A DNA stretch of 64,000 nt from Candidatus Eiseniibacteriota bacterium (lineage in GTDB: Bacteria; Eisenbacteria; RBG-16-71-46): contig CAVUWA010000010.1 of the NCBI GenBank assembly GCA_963744995.1, forward strand, positions 608,001 to 672,000, in the 5' to 3' direction. This document shows positions 55,253-64,000 of this stretch, piece after piece. The notes under the pieces are model-generated. The model had not been told where the DNA came from, ran no database searches, and worked only from the letters and a program-made list of their open reading frames with translations. Within the stretch, counting starts at the first letter, position 1, and each line of letters opens with the position of its first letter. The translations under genes were made by a program, and so were the position numbers.

Positions 55253-57538
55253 TCATCGGAGCACGACCGCTCGCGTCACCCGCCGCTCGTCGCCGCGCGA
55301 CAGGCGCACCAGGTAGACCCCGGTCTCGAATGCGCCGCGTGCGCCGAGACGGAGCGTGTGCGGTCCCGCACCCATCGGCCCCACCTCCCCACCCGCGACC
55401 CGGCGGCCGGCGACGTCGAATACCTCGAGGCGCGCCGGAGCGGCATCGGGCAGGCGGAACGCCACCACGAAGTCGCCGCGCACGGGATTCGGCACCGCGC
55501 CGCGAAGGGCGAAATCCGCGGCCGGCGCGCGCGGGCGCGGCACCGCCACGACCTGGTCGGCGAAGTCCAGCGTCCAGTCGATCTCGCTGTAGTCGACCCC
55601 GGTGAAACCGCCGTAGGCGATCATGCGGTCGGCGCTGGAGTCGTACGCGGCGACCGCGCCCGAACGGATCGACGGCAGGAATCCGGATGGCGCGAGCTGG
55701 GTCCAGGCGGAGTCGGCGAAACCGAACGCCCAGAGCTCGTTGGTGCGTGACGAGGCGCCGAAGTCGCCGTTGCCGCCGAACATCAGCAGCCGGCCGCGCC
55801 GCGTGTCCACCGCGGTCGCCGTCGCCGAGCGCCCGGAGGGCCCGCCGCCCGTGGCGATGTGCGTCCACACCGCTCCGTTCGCGAAGCTCAATCCGAAGGT
55901 GTCGCTCTCGTACTGCAACCCGCCCTGCGCGAATCCGCCATAGACGATCATGCGCGCGTGCACGGGATCCCACGCGGACGCCGTGCCCGAGCGGGCGCCG
56001 GGTGTGGACCCTCCCGGAAACAGCTGCGCCCAGGCCGGCGTGGCGCCGAGGGTGAGCGCCCAGACGTCGGCGTAATCGCTCGCGCCGGCGTTGCCCCCAT
56101 AGACCACCATGCGGTCGCCGCCCGGGTCGTAGACGGCCGCATGCTCCGCGCGCGGCCCCGGGGGCGAGCCCGCGGGGAGCAGCTGCGTCCAGTCCGGCGT
56201 GCCGTCGAGCGGCAGCGCCCACACGTCGTCGAACTGCGTCGCCCCGCCGGCGCCGGTGCCGCCGAACACGATCATGCGCCGCCGCACGGGATCGAGGATC
56301 GCGCTGTGGTAGCGCCGCGCGGGCGGCGGCGTGCCGCCGGTGGCGAGCGGCGACCACTCGAGCGTGGCGAACGGCATCACCCACGTCTGGTTGCTGGGCG
56401 CGCCGCCGCCGAAACACACGAGACGCTGGTTCGGCGCATCTACGATCACGGTGGCGCCGCGCCGCGCGTCGGGACGATCGAACGCCATCGGCAGCTCGCT
56501 CCAGACGGGCGGCCCCGAGAGGTCGAGCCGCCAGCCCTCGTCGGTGCCGTAGAAGGTCGTGCCGCCGTACACCACCATCTGACGGCGCAGCGGATCGAAG
56601 ATCGCGGCATGTGCGGCGCGCACGCTCGGCGGCCCGCCGCCCGGCGCCAGTGCGGCCCACGCGGGCGCCCCGGAGAGATCCAGCGTCCACAGGTCGTCGA
56701 GCCAGACGTAGTCGCGGCCGCCCGCGAACAGGACGAAGCGGTCGTCCTGCGGGTCGTACACGAGCGACGCCGCAGCGCGCGGATCCGGCGGCCCGCCCGC
56801 CGGCGCGACGCCGCTCCAGGTCGGCGTGCCCGAGAGCTCGAGTGACCAGACGTCGGCCAGGTAATTCGAACCGCTCCTGCCGCCGATCAGGACGAAGCGG
56901 TCGCGCGGCGGGTCGTACGCGAACGCGGCGCGCGAGCGCGCGGCGGGCGGCGTCCCTGCGGGCGAGAGCGCCGTCCAGGTGAACGAAGGATCGAGCGACA
57001 GCGTCCATGTATCGCCCAGCGGACTCCCGGCCGCGTCTTCGCCGCCGCAGAGCACCAGCTGGTCGCGGACCGGGTCGTACGCCACCGCTGCATACGCGCG
57101 CGCCGCAGGCGGCGTCCCTGTCGCCGCGTGCAGCGTCCACTGCGGCGTGCCGGAGAGCGACAGCGTCCACACCTGCGCCATCGAAGCGCCGGCGCCGCCC
57201 ACCCACACGATCTGCTCGCGCACCGGATCGAGGATCACCGCCGGCGCCACCACCGGCGCGGGCGCTGCGCCTGCGGCGGCGAGCTTCGTCCATGCGGTCG
57301 GATTCCCGAGATCGAGCGACCACACGTCGCTGGTCGCCCCGTCGTAGGCCGGATCGCCCTGGTAGCTCTCGATCACGCCGCCCACGAGCAGCATGCGGTC
57401 GTGGGTCGCGTCGTACATCGCCGCGGGCGCCTCGCGATGGAGCGGCGGCTGCTCGCGCCACTCGCCGTCGGCGCCGGCCAGCACGGCAGTCGGCACGGAC
57501 GACGCCAGGACGACTAGAACGGTGAGGACTGCGCGCAA
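55253..57538 (-). CDS. Secreted Kelch-like beta-propeller protein with C-terminal PNP...DVAGRRV (FlgD/T9SS-CTD-like) domain
   Basis: About 12 repeats of P..R......YDP...R...FGG....D.W.L.L...P.W; tail PNP...LEVFDVAGRRV...GVYLVRL. Confidence 0.85.
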   Translation of the reverse strand: MRAVLTVLVVLASSVPTAVLAGADGEWREQPPLHREAPAAMYDATHDRMLLVGGVIESYQGDPAYDGATSDVWSLDLGNPTAWTKLAAAGAAPAPVVAPAVILDPVREQIVWVGGAGASMAQVWTLSLSGTPQWTLHAATGTPPAARAYAAVAYDPVRDQLVLCGGEDAAGSPLGDTWTLSLDPSFTWTALSPAGTPPAARSRAAFAYDPPRDRFVLIGGRSGSNYLADVWSLELSGTPTWSGVAPAGGPPDPRAAASLVYDPQDDRFVLFAGGRDYVWLDDLWTLDLSGAPAWAALAPGGGPPSVRAAHAAIFDPLRRQMVVYGGTTFYGTDEGWRLDLSGPPVWSELPMAFDRPDARRGATVIVDAPNQRLVCFGGGAPSNQTWVMPFATLEWSPLATGGTPPPARRYHSAILDPVRRRMIVFGGTGAGGATQFDDVWALPLDGTPDWTQLLPAGSPPGPRAEHAAVYDPGGDRMVVYGGNAGASDYADVWALTLGATPAWAQLFPGGSTPGARSGTASAWDPVHARMIVYGGFAQGGLQYESDTFGLSFANGAVWTHIATGGGPSGRSATATAVDTRRGRLLMFGGNGDFGASSRTNELWAFGFADSAWTQLAPSGFLPSIRSGAVAAYDSSADRMIAYGGFTGVDYSEIDWTLDFADQVVAVPRPRAPAADFALRGAVPNPVRGDFVVAFRLPDAAPARLEVFDVAGRRVAGGEVGPMGAGPHTLRLGARGAFETGVYLVRLSRGDERRVTRAVVLR

Positions 57539-57654
57539 TGGAAGGGTCCCGCAGGTGTCGGTCGTGTTGGGATGCCGGGGAACGGTGGCGGCCTTCCATC
57601 CGTGTGGGGCGGACGGGAATTATAGAGGATCGGTGCGCGGCGCCGAAGGCGGGG

Positions 57655-57747
57655 GGGCCGGTGTACGAGGCCGTGCGGGTGGGCATGGCCGACGGCCATG
57701 CCACCGTGCCCGAGTTCGCGGTCGATGCGGTAGCGTTCGCCGAGCAT
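57655..57747 (-). pseudogene. Ser/Thr kinase remnant
   Basis: LGERYRIDRELGHGGMAV joined directly to HAHPHGLVHR. Confidence 0.55.
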
Positions 57748-57785
57748 CCCTGGAAGCGGCGGTTACGACATGCCCGGAGCCCGGC

Positions 57786-59153
57786 CTACGCCGGATCCCC
57801 GCTCACGACGGCGTGGCCCGCGCTCAGGTAGCCGTCCATGCCGTCGCTGGCGGCGGTCAGCTTCCGGAATCCGGCGCGCTCCAGCACACTCGCGGCGATC
57901 GCGCTGCGGTACCCGCCGGCGCAGACGATCGCGTACTCGGCATCGCGGTCGAGCGTCGGAACCCGCTCCTCGAGCGAGGCGAGCGGCACGTGAACCGCGT
58001 GCTCGATGTGGAAGCGGTCCCACTCGGCGGAACGCCGGACGTCGAGCACCGTGCGGCCGGGACGGAGCGCGCTCGCCACGGGCTCGAACCCGATCGAGGC
58101 GACCGGCAGACCCGCCGCCCGCCACGCCTCGAACCCGCCGTCGAGCGTGCCGGCCACCTTCTCGTAGCCGACGCGCGCGAGACGCATCACCGCTTCCTCC
58201 TCTCGGCCCGGATCGCAGACCAGCGCCAGCGTCTGATCCGGCGTCACCAGCGTACCGACCCACGAGGCGTACTGGCCGTCGAGCCCGACGTGCAGTGCGC
58301 CGGCCGGGTGGAGCGACGCGAACGCCGCGGCGGTGCGCGTGTCGAGCACGACGGCGCCGTTCGTCATAGCGGCGGCGAACGCGGCCGGCGCGAGCGCCGG
58401 CGGCAGTTCGGCGCCCTCGCGCAGCGCCGGGCCGGCCTGGTTGAGGTCGCGCGAGTGCAGGAAGTAGACCGGCGTTTCGGGCACGTCGCGCGTGATGTCG
58501 GCAATGAACTGCTCGCGACTCGCTACGCGCAGCGCCGGGTTCATCATGCGCTCCCGGCCGATCGTGCTCCACGTCTCGCTGCGGATGCTGCGTCCGCACA
58601 GCGACCCCGCGCCGTGCGCGGGGTAGACGCGTGTCGCGTCGGGCAGGCGCATCAGCTTCTGGACGCTGTCGTACATCATCCCCGCGAGGTCCTCGACCGA
58701 GAGCCTGGACGACAGGATGTCCACGCGCCCGACGTCGCCCACGAACAGCGTGTCGCCGGTGAGCACGCCCCACGGCGTCTCGTTCGCGTCTTCGAAGATC
58801 AGATACGAGAGACTCTCGGGCGTATGGCCGGGGGTCGCCAGCGCGCGCACGCGCAGCGAGCCGATGCGGATCTCATCGCCGTCGTCGAGCGGGTGGTGAT
58901 CGTACTTCGCCCCGGCGCTGCGGCCGATGCCGATCTTCGCGCCGGTCGCGCGGGCGAGATCGCGATGTCCGGAGACGAAGTCCGCGTGCAGGTGGGTCTC
59001 GAGCACCCAGGTGATCTTCAGGCCGTGCGCGTCCGCCTCGTCGAGATACATGTCGACGTCGCGCGACGGATCCACCGCCACGGCTTCGCCGGCGTCGCCG
59101 ATCAGGTAGGACGCGTGCGCCAGGCAGCCGACGTAAAACTGCTTGAAATGCAT
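57786..59153 (-). CDS. MBL-fold hydrolase fused to rhodanese domains (persulfide dioxygenase/sulfurtransferase-like)
   Basis: ETHLHADFVSG, TPGHTPES, PAHGAGSLCG; C-terminal CAGGYRS. Confidence 0.92.
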   Translation of the reverse strand: MHFKQFYVGCLAHASYLIGDAGEAVAVDPSRDVDMYLDEADAHGLKITWVLETHLHADFVSGHRDLARATGAKIGIGRSAGAKYDHHPLDDGDEIRIGSLRVRALATPGHTPESLSYLIFEDANETPWGVLTGDTLFVGDVGRVDILSSRLSVEDLAGMMYDSVQKLMRLPDATRVYPAHGAGSLCGRSIRSETWSTIGRERMMNPALRVASREQFIADITRDVPETPVYFLHSRDLNQAGPALREGAELPPALAPAAFAAAMTNGAVVLDTRTAAAFASLHPAGALHVGLDGQYASWVGTLVTPDQTLALVCDPGREEEAVMRLARVGYEKVAGTLDGGFEAWRAAGLPVASIGFEPVASALRPGRTVLDVRRSAEWDRFHIEHAVHVPLASLEERVPTLDRDAEYAIVCAGGYRSAIAASVLERAGFRKLTAASDGMDGYLSAGHAVVSGDPA

Positions 59154-59396
59154 GAGAGGGGTGTCCTCGCGCAGGGTGGTCGGGAAGGCGATGGGGGGCA
59201 CCGTGGTCGCGGATACGATACGGAAACACTACCGCGGCAAATGACCGCGCCGCCAGCCTCGACGGCCGGTCCGCCGGCCTTATGTCGCCTCGAGCGGGTA
59301 CGGCACCGGCCGGGCGGGCCGGCCGGGCGCGCCCCGCGGGGGCGCCGGAGGGGACCGGCGCCCGCCGGAGCGGTGCCCCACCCCCAAAGGAACCCA

Positions 59397-59425
59397 TTGA
59401 GACGCGCCCCGGCCGCGTCTACACT
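59397..59425 (+). promoter_or_regulatory. Sigma70-like promoter
   Basis: TTGAGA-17 bp-TACACT upstream of the lamin-tail gene. Confidence 0.55.
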
Positions 59426-59597
59426 GGTTGTTCGGCATCACCCCCGAGCCTGGCCGCGCCGAGCCGCATGCTCTCCCCCGACCTCGCGCGGGCCGCCGCG
59501 TGCGCGCCATGCGGGCCGCCAGCGACTACGGAGTCGCTGGCGGATCGCGGCCGCGCAACGTATCCAAGAGTTCAACGTACGCTCCAGGAGGTTCACC

Positions 59598-60266
59598 ATG
59601 CGCCGTTGCTTCCTCGTCTCCGGAGTTCTCGCACTCACCCTGTCGCTCGTGGCCAGCGTGGCCCTTGCGGCATCTCCGGATGTTCTCCTCAGCCAGGTTT
59701 ACGGCGGCGGCGGCAACTCCGGCGCCACGTACACCAACGACTTCATCGAGTTGTTCAACCGCGGCACCTCCACGGTCGACGTCACGGGGTGGAGCGTTCA
59801 GTACGCCTCTGCCACGGGCTCCTCGTGGCAGGTCACCACGCTCTCCGGCACGATCGCCCCCGGTCAGTTCTTCCTGATCCAGGAAGCGGCGGGCTCCGGC
59901 GGCACGACACCGTTGCCGACGCCGGACGTCGCCGGCGGGATCGCGATGAGCGGAACGAACGGCAAGGTGGCGCTCGTCTCATCGACGACCGCCTTGAGCG
60001 GCACCTGCCCGCTCGGCGGTTCGGTCGTGGACTTCGTCGGCTACGGTTCCACGGCGAACTGCTTCGAAGGCGGCGGCCCGACGCCGACGCTCTCGAACAC
60101 GATCGCCGCGTTCCGCACCGATCCGTGCCTGGATCTCGACGACAATGCCCTCGAGTTCTCCACCGGCGCGCCGAATCCGCGCAACACGGCGACGCCGCTG
60201 AGCCCCTGCACCCCCGTGTCCGTCACGCCGGGCACCTGGGGCACGATCAAGTCGATGTACCGGTAG
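59598..60266 (+). CDS. Secreted lamin-tail-domain protein with C-terminal TWGTIKSMYR tail
   Basis: AGGAGG RBS, signal peptide, SQVYGGGGNSGA.Y.NDFIELFN, VDFVGYG. Confidence 0.88.
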   Translation: MRRCFLVSGVLALTLSLVASVALAASPDVLLSQVYGGGGNSGATYTNDFIELFNRGTSTVDVTGWSVQYASATGSSWQVTTLSGTIAPGQFFLIQEAAGSGGTTPLPTPDVAGGIAMSGTNGKVALVSSTTALSGTCPLGGSVVDFVGYGSTANCFEGGGPTPTLSNTIAAFRTDPCLDLDDNALEFSTGAPNPRNTATPLSPCTPVSVTPGTWGTIKSMYR

Positions 60267-60287
60267 CTCGTACGAAGCCGGTTGGAA

Positions 60288-60320
60288 GCGGCCGCTCCCG
60301 CATGCGGGGGCGGCCGTTTT
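60288..60320 (+). terminator. Probable intrinsic terminator
   Basis: GC-rich hairpin CGGCCGCTCCCG-loop-CGGGGGCGGCCG followed by TTTT. Confidence 0.6.
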
Positions 60321-60570
60321 CCGCGCCGGGTGGAGCCGCACGCCGGTTCTGCTCATCGGTGGCGACCCCGCCGCGACCGACGCGGCCTGCCGTGCCCTGC
60401 GGGACGATCCAGGCGCCGCCGGACTGGCCAGACCGTTCCACGCGACGCGGCTGACGGAGAGCCGGGCACGTCGCTGCGCGGAGAGGCATGATGCGACGCT
60501 CCGGAACGCGCTGCGCCGCCCGCCCGCGGCCGGCCACGCGCATGCCGCGCGTGATCCTGCGCCGCCGGAC

Positions 60571-62484
60571 CTACTGCCGCTGGCTCCGCGGCGGCAACGG
60601 GATCACCGTCGCGTCGCTGACGAGACCGTTACCCATCAGGATTCGGGCACCGTTCTCGGCGCGTGCGTGCGTGCTGTAGATGCCGAGCACGACGCGGTAG
60701 CCGCCGCCGGCCGAGTGCACCAGCCAGCCCTTGAGCCCGGTCGCCTCGACGAGCCGCTCGCGTTCCATCCCGGCTGCGCCGGCGTCCGCGTGCCGGCCGA
60801 CGTCCACGGCCCAGAGTTGATTCGGATCTGCGTTCGTCTCGCCGGCTGCGGCGGCTGCCGGGACGGCCGGCGGCTGGTAGGGCTCGGGCGCCGCCGCGCG
60901 TGAAGGTTCGCCCCGGGTCGCGTTCTGCTCCGCCTTCGGCTCCCTTGTGCGCGCCGTGGGCTTCGCGGCTTCCTTCGCGGGTGCGGCCTGCGGGTCCGCA
61001 GCGTCGGCCGCAGTCTCATCGCTCGCGGTCGCCGCCCGTTGCTCCTCCGCCATCCGCGCGGCCGCGGCCGCTGCCGAGCGTTCGGCCGACGCCGAAATCG
61101 CATTCATCCCGGCGGCGATCATGCGCTTCGTGGGACCGGCGAGCGTCACCAGCGCGGCGGCGATCACCAGCAGCAGCGCGACCGTGCCGAGCCACTCGGG
61201 ACGTTGCCGGCGGCCGCGGCGATAACGCGGCAGGACACGCCCGCGACGGCGGCGCAGCCTGGCCAGCACCTCGTCGACCGCGGGATCCTCCGAAACTTCG
61301 GTGGCGCCGAACTCGTCCACGAACTCGGCGCGACCGGTGCCGATCAGGTCGCCGAAGCGTGGCTCGTCGGGCGAAATGAACCGCCCGACCCAGTCGCTGA
61401 CCTTCTTCGGGTCGCCCGGCGGCTTGAGCTCGTCTGCACCGTCCGGATCGTGCGGGGGGCGCGGAATGGGCGCGAGATCGGCGGCGGTGAGCGTCCGTCC
61501 CGCCTGCCCGGGCGATGCGGCTTCGAGGTCCGTGGCCGCCGGAGGCGCGTCATCCCGGCCGGCCGGTCTCGCGCCCGTGCGGTCCTCCGCCGGACGCGAC
61601 TCCGCGTGCGCGCGCTGCGGCACTGCCGGATCGTGTTGCCGCGCCGCGGTCGGCGCCGCAGCCGCAGCCGCCTCGCCGCCGCCGCGCGAGAAGCCGAGCG
61701 CCTCCGCCGCCTCCCGCACCCGCGCCGTGCTCACCGACGGCTCGCCCGCCCTGCGTGCGAGCCGCAGCGCCTCGCCGGCCAGCGTTCCCAGCGTTCGCGG
61801 CACCCCCTGTGAGAACACGTGCAACTCGCGGCAGGTCTTCTTCGGGAACAGCGCGGCCGCGTCCCTTTCTTCAGCGGCGGCGATCTCGTGCACGAAGCGG
61901 CGGCTCTGGTGCGCCGAGTAGGGCGGCATGACGATCTGCACCCCGACCCGCTGGCGCAGCGCCTCGAACGCCGGATCGGCGAGCCGCGCCTCCAGCGCCG
62001 GCAGCCCGGCGAGCACGACCTCGAGCGGCCCGCCCGCCTGCCCGCTCACGTTGACGAGCAGCCGCAGCTCGCCGAGCAGCTCGGACGAGATCTCGTGCGC
62101 GTCGTCGATCACCACCACCGGAACGCGGTTCTCGCTCTTTGCCGCGGCGATCGCCCCTTCGAGACTGGCGATCAGCTGCGGCTTGCTCGCGCCCACCGGC
62201 GGCTCGCCGCCGAAGCGGCGCACGATCTCCTCGAGCAGTTCGGTACGGCTCAGCGCGGGATCGGGGACGAATGCAACCGTTGCGCGCGCACCCCAGCGTT
62301 CGATCGCGGCGCGCACCAGGGTCGTTTTGCCGGTGCCGGCCTCGCCGGTCACCAGCAGGAACGGTTCACGGGCGCCGAGGCTCTCGCCCAGGCGCTCGAG
62401 GGCCTCCTTCACGAATTCCGTTTGGAGTATGCGCTGGGCCCGCGCGGGGCCTGAAGAGTGATCCTTCGACACGGCGGATGGCAT
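60571..62484 (-). CDS. ExeA/GspA-like AAA ATPase with TM segment and C-terminal SPOR-like domain
   Basis: TGEAGTGKTT, VVVIDDAH, ALRQRV, SQGVPR; tail YRVVLGIYS. Confidence 0.8.
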   Translation of the reverse strand: MPSAVSKDHSSGPARAQRILQTEFVKEALERLGESLGAREPFLLVTGEAGTGKTTLVRAAIERWGARATVAFVPDPALSRTELLEEIVRRFGGEPPVGASKPQLIASLEGAIAAAKSENRVPVVVIDDAHEISSELLGELRLLVNVSGQAGGPLEVVLAGLPALEARLADPAFEALRQRVGVQIVMPPYSAHQSRRFVHEIAAAEERDAAALFPKKTCRELHVFSQGVPRTLGTLAGEALRLARRAGEPSVSTARVREAAEALGFSRGGGEAAAAAAPTAARQHDPAVPQRAHAESRPAEDRTGARPAGRDDAPPAATDLEAASPGQAGRTLTAADLAPIPRPPHDPDGADELKPPGDPKKVSDWVGRFISPDEPRFGDLIGTGRAEFVDEFGATEVSEDPAVDEVLARLRRRRGRVLPRYRRGRRQRPEWLGTVALLLVIAAALVTLAGPTKRMIAAGMNAISASAERSAAAAAARMAEEQRAATASDETAADAADPQAAPAKEAAKPTARTREPKAEQNATRGEPSRAAAPEPYQPPAVPAAAAAGETNADPNQLWAVDVGRHADAGAAGMERERLVEATGLKGWLVHSAGGGYRVVLGIYSTHARAENGARILMGNGLVSDATVIPLPPRSQRQ

Positions 62485-62881
62485 CTCCGGGGAAGCGGTG
62501 TCCGGCCCCCGCGTCCATGCGGGGGGTCGCCCTTATGTATCGGCCGGTGGGGCGGCACTCTTGCGCGGGTTCTGGGTGGATTGACGCCGCGGGGCCACCA
62601 TCGATCCCCGTGCGGTCAGGGCGGGCCGCAGCGCATGATGCTCAATCGTTTTACCCGACGCGCACCGTGTTCGACCCTGCTGATTGCCGCACCGGTTCGC
62701 AATACCCTCACGGCGGACGAACAGACCACCGCGGCCGGGAGCAGGGCCGCCGCTCACATGGCGCGCCGCACGGCGGATTCCGTCACCCCGGCGGGGTCGA
62801 TCGCCCCACGCCGGGAACGGGCACATCCCCGGCCCGCCGCCGGGCCGCGCTCCCGCGGCGGGACTGTTGTAGATTTCGCCG

Positions 62882-64000
62882 ATGGCACTTTCCCCCGGCA
62901 GAACGCTCGGACCCTACGAAGTGCTCGCACGGCTCGGCGCGGGTGGCATGGGCGAGGTCTACCGCGCCCGCGATACGCGGCTCGGCCGCGAGGTGGCGGT
63001 GAAGGTGCTGCCACAGCACCTGTCCTCGAATCCCGAGATCCGCGCGCGCTTCGAGCGCGAGGCGAAGACGATCTCGAGCCTCAGCCACCCGCACATCTGC
63101 GCGCTCTACGACGTCGGCCGGGTCCCCGATGACACCGGGTCGGGCGAGACCGGCTTCCTGGTCATGGAGCTGGTCGAAGGCGAAACCCTGGCGGCCCGGA
63201 TCGAGCGCGGGGCGCTGCCCGCGGCCGACGTGCTGAAGATCGGCGCGCAGATCGCCGATGCGCTCGACCGTGCGCACCGCGCAGGCGTGGTGCATCGAGA
63301 CCTCAAGCCCGGCAACGTCATGCTCACGCGCTCGGGCGCGAAGCTCATGGACTTCGGCCTCGCGCGCGCCACGGCGCCCGCCGGCGAACCGGGCACGACA
63401 GCGGACCTGCTGTCGCAGTCACCCACGGTCGCGCAGCCGCTCACGGAGGAGGGCACGGTCGTCGGGACGGTCCAGTACATGGCGCCCGAACAGCTCGAGG
63501 GCAAGGAGGCCGACGCGCGTACCGACCTGTGGGCGCTCGGCTGCGTGCTCTACGAGATGGCGACCGGTCGCCGCGCTTTCGATGGCAGGAGCCAGGCGAG
63601 CCTGATCGGGGCGATCATGCACACGACGCCGCCGCCGCCCTCGCAGGTGGCGCCGCTCGCCCCGCTGGCGCTCGACCGGCTGGTGGGCGCATGCCTCGCC
63701 AGGGACCCGGCCGACCGCGTGCAGAGCGCGCACGACGTGAAGCTGCAGCTCGAGTGGATGGCGGATGCGTCGTCGTCGATGTCCGGCGCGGTGACCCCGG
63801 CGCTCGGGCGGAAACGGCGCGCCGCGAGCCGGTGGATGCCGGCGCTCGTCGCGCTGGGCGCCGCTGCGATCGCATCGCTCGTGACGTGGGGAGTACTTCG
63901 GAACCGTGCGGGCTTCGCCGCTGTGCCGCATGCCCAGCGCTACACGATCGGCCATGCCGACCTAGCAGGTCCAGTCCGCACCGGCCCTCGCGCCGAGCGG
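62882..64000 (+). CDS. Hanks-type Ser/Thr protein kinase, partial
   Basis: Manual translation: MALSPGRTLGPYEVLARLGAGGMGEVY, VAVKVL, HRDLKPGN, DFGLA, YMAPE, then a TM segment. Confidence 0.93.
   Translation, partial: MALSPGRTLGPYEVLARLGAGGMGEVYRARDTRLGREVAVKVLPQHLSSNPEIRARFEREAKTISSLSHPHICALYDVGRVPDDTGSGETGFLVMELVEGETLAARIERGALPAADVLKIGAQIADALDRAHRAGVVHRDLKPGNVMLTRSGAKLMDFGLARATAPAGEPGTTADLLSQSPTVAQPLTEEGTVVGTVQYMAPEQLEGKEADARTDLWALGCVLYEMATGRRAFDGRSQASLIGAIMHTTPPPPSQVAPLAPLALDRLVGACLARDPADRVQSAHDVKLQLEWMADASSSMSGAVTPALGRKRRAASRWMPALVALGAAAIASLVTWGVLRNRAGFAAVPHAQRYTIGHADLAGPVRTGPRAER

Noticed and set aside
55560..57450. CRISPR-like or DNA repeat array
   Set aside because: The periodicity comes from degenerate Kelch protein repeats
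54513..57704. 1063-aa minus-strand ORF
   Set aside because: Only the last ~223 aa (GntR) look real; the rest is an alternative frame of the Kelch gene
57393..60266. 957-aa plus-strand ORF
   Set aside because: Antisense shadow of the MBL-rhodanese gene; only 59598-60266 is coding

Overview
High-GC bacterial chromosomal segment with about 50 genes. I found no rRNA, tRNA, CRISPR array or recognisable mobile element. Secreted proteins with FlgD-Ig-like tails, repeated C-terminal TW(G/S)xxKxxYR tails and Ser/Thr kinases suggest an uncultured FCB-related lineage such as Candidatus Eisenbacteria (inference). Core loci: citrate synthase; a TetR-TolC-EmrA-EmrB efflux operon; a decaheme/porin/hexaheme cytochrome cluster; a 2-oxoacid:ferredoxin oxidoreductase operon whose delta subunit is fused around a GltD-like flavoprotein; and a complete F1Fo operon with an AtpI-subunit a fusion. 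Top observation: two ORFs that the track splits (13950..15305 and 13200..13913) read as one 616-aa lipoprotein with an in-frame UGA in a thioredoxin-like U-x-x-S site. The UGA is followed by an fdhF-type SECIS hairpin, so this is a probable unannotated selenoprotein. Second: three unrelated secreted proteins end in the same short tail, a candidate protein-sorting signal. Three isolated single-base frameshifts suggest assembly indel errors.
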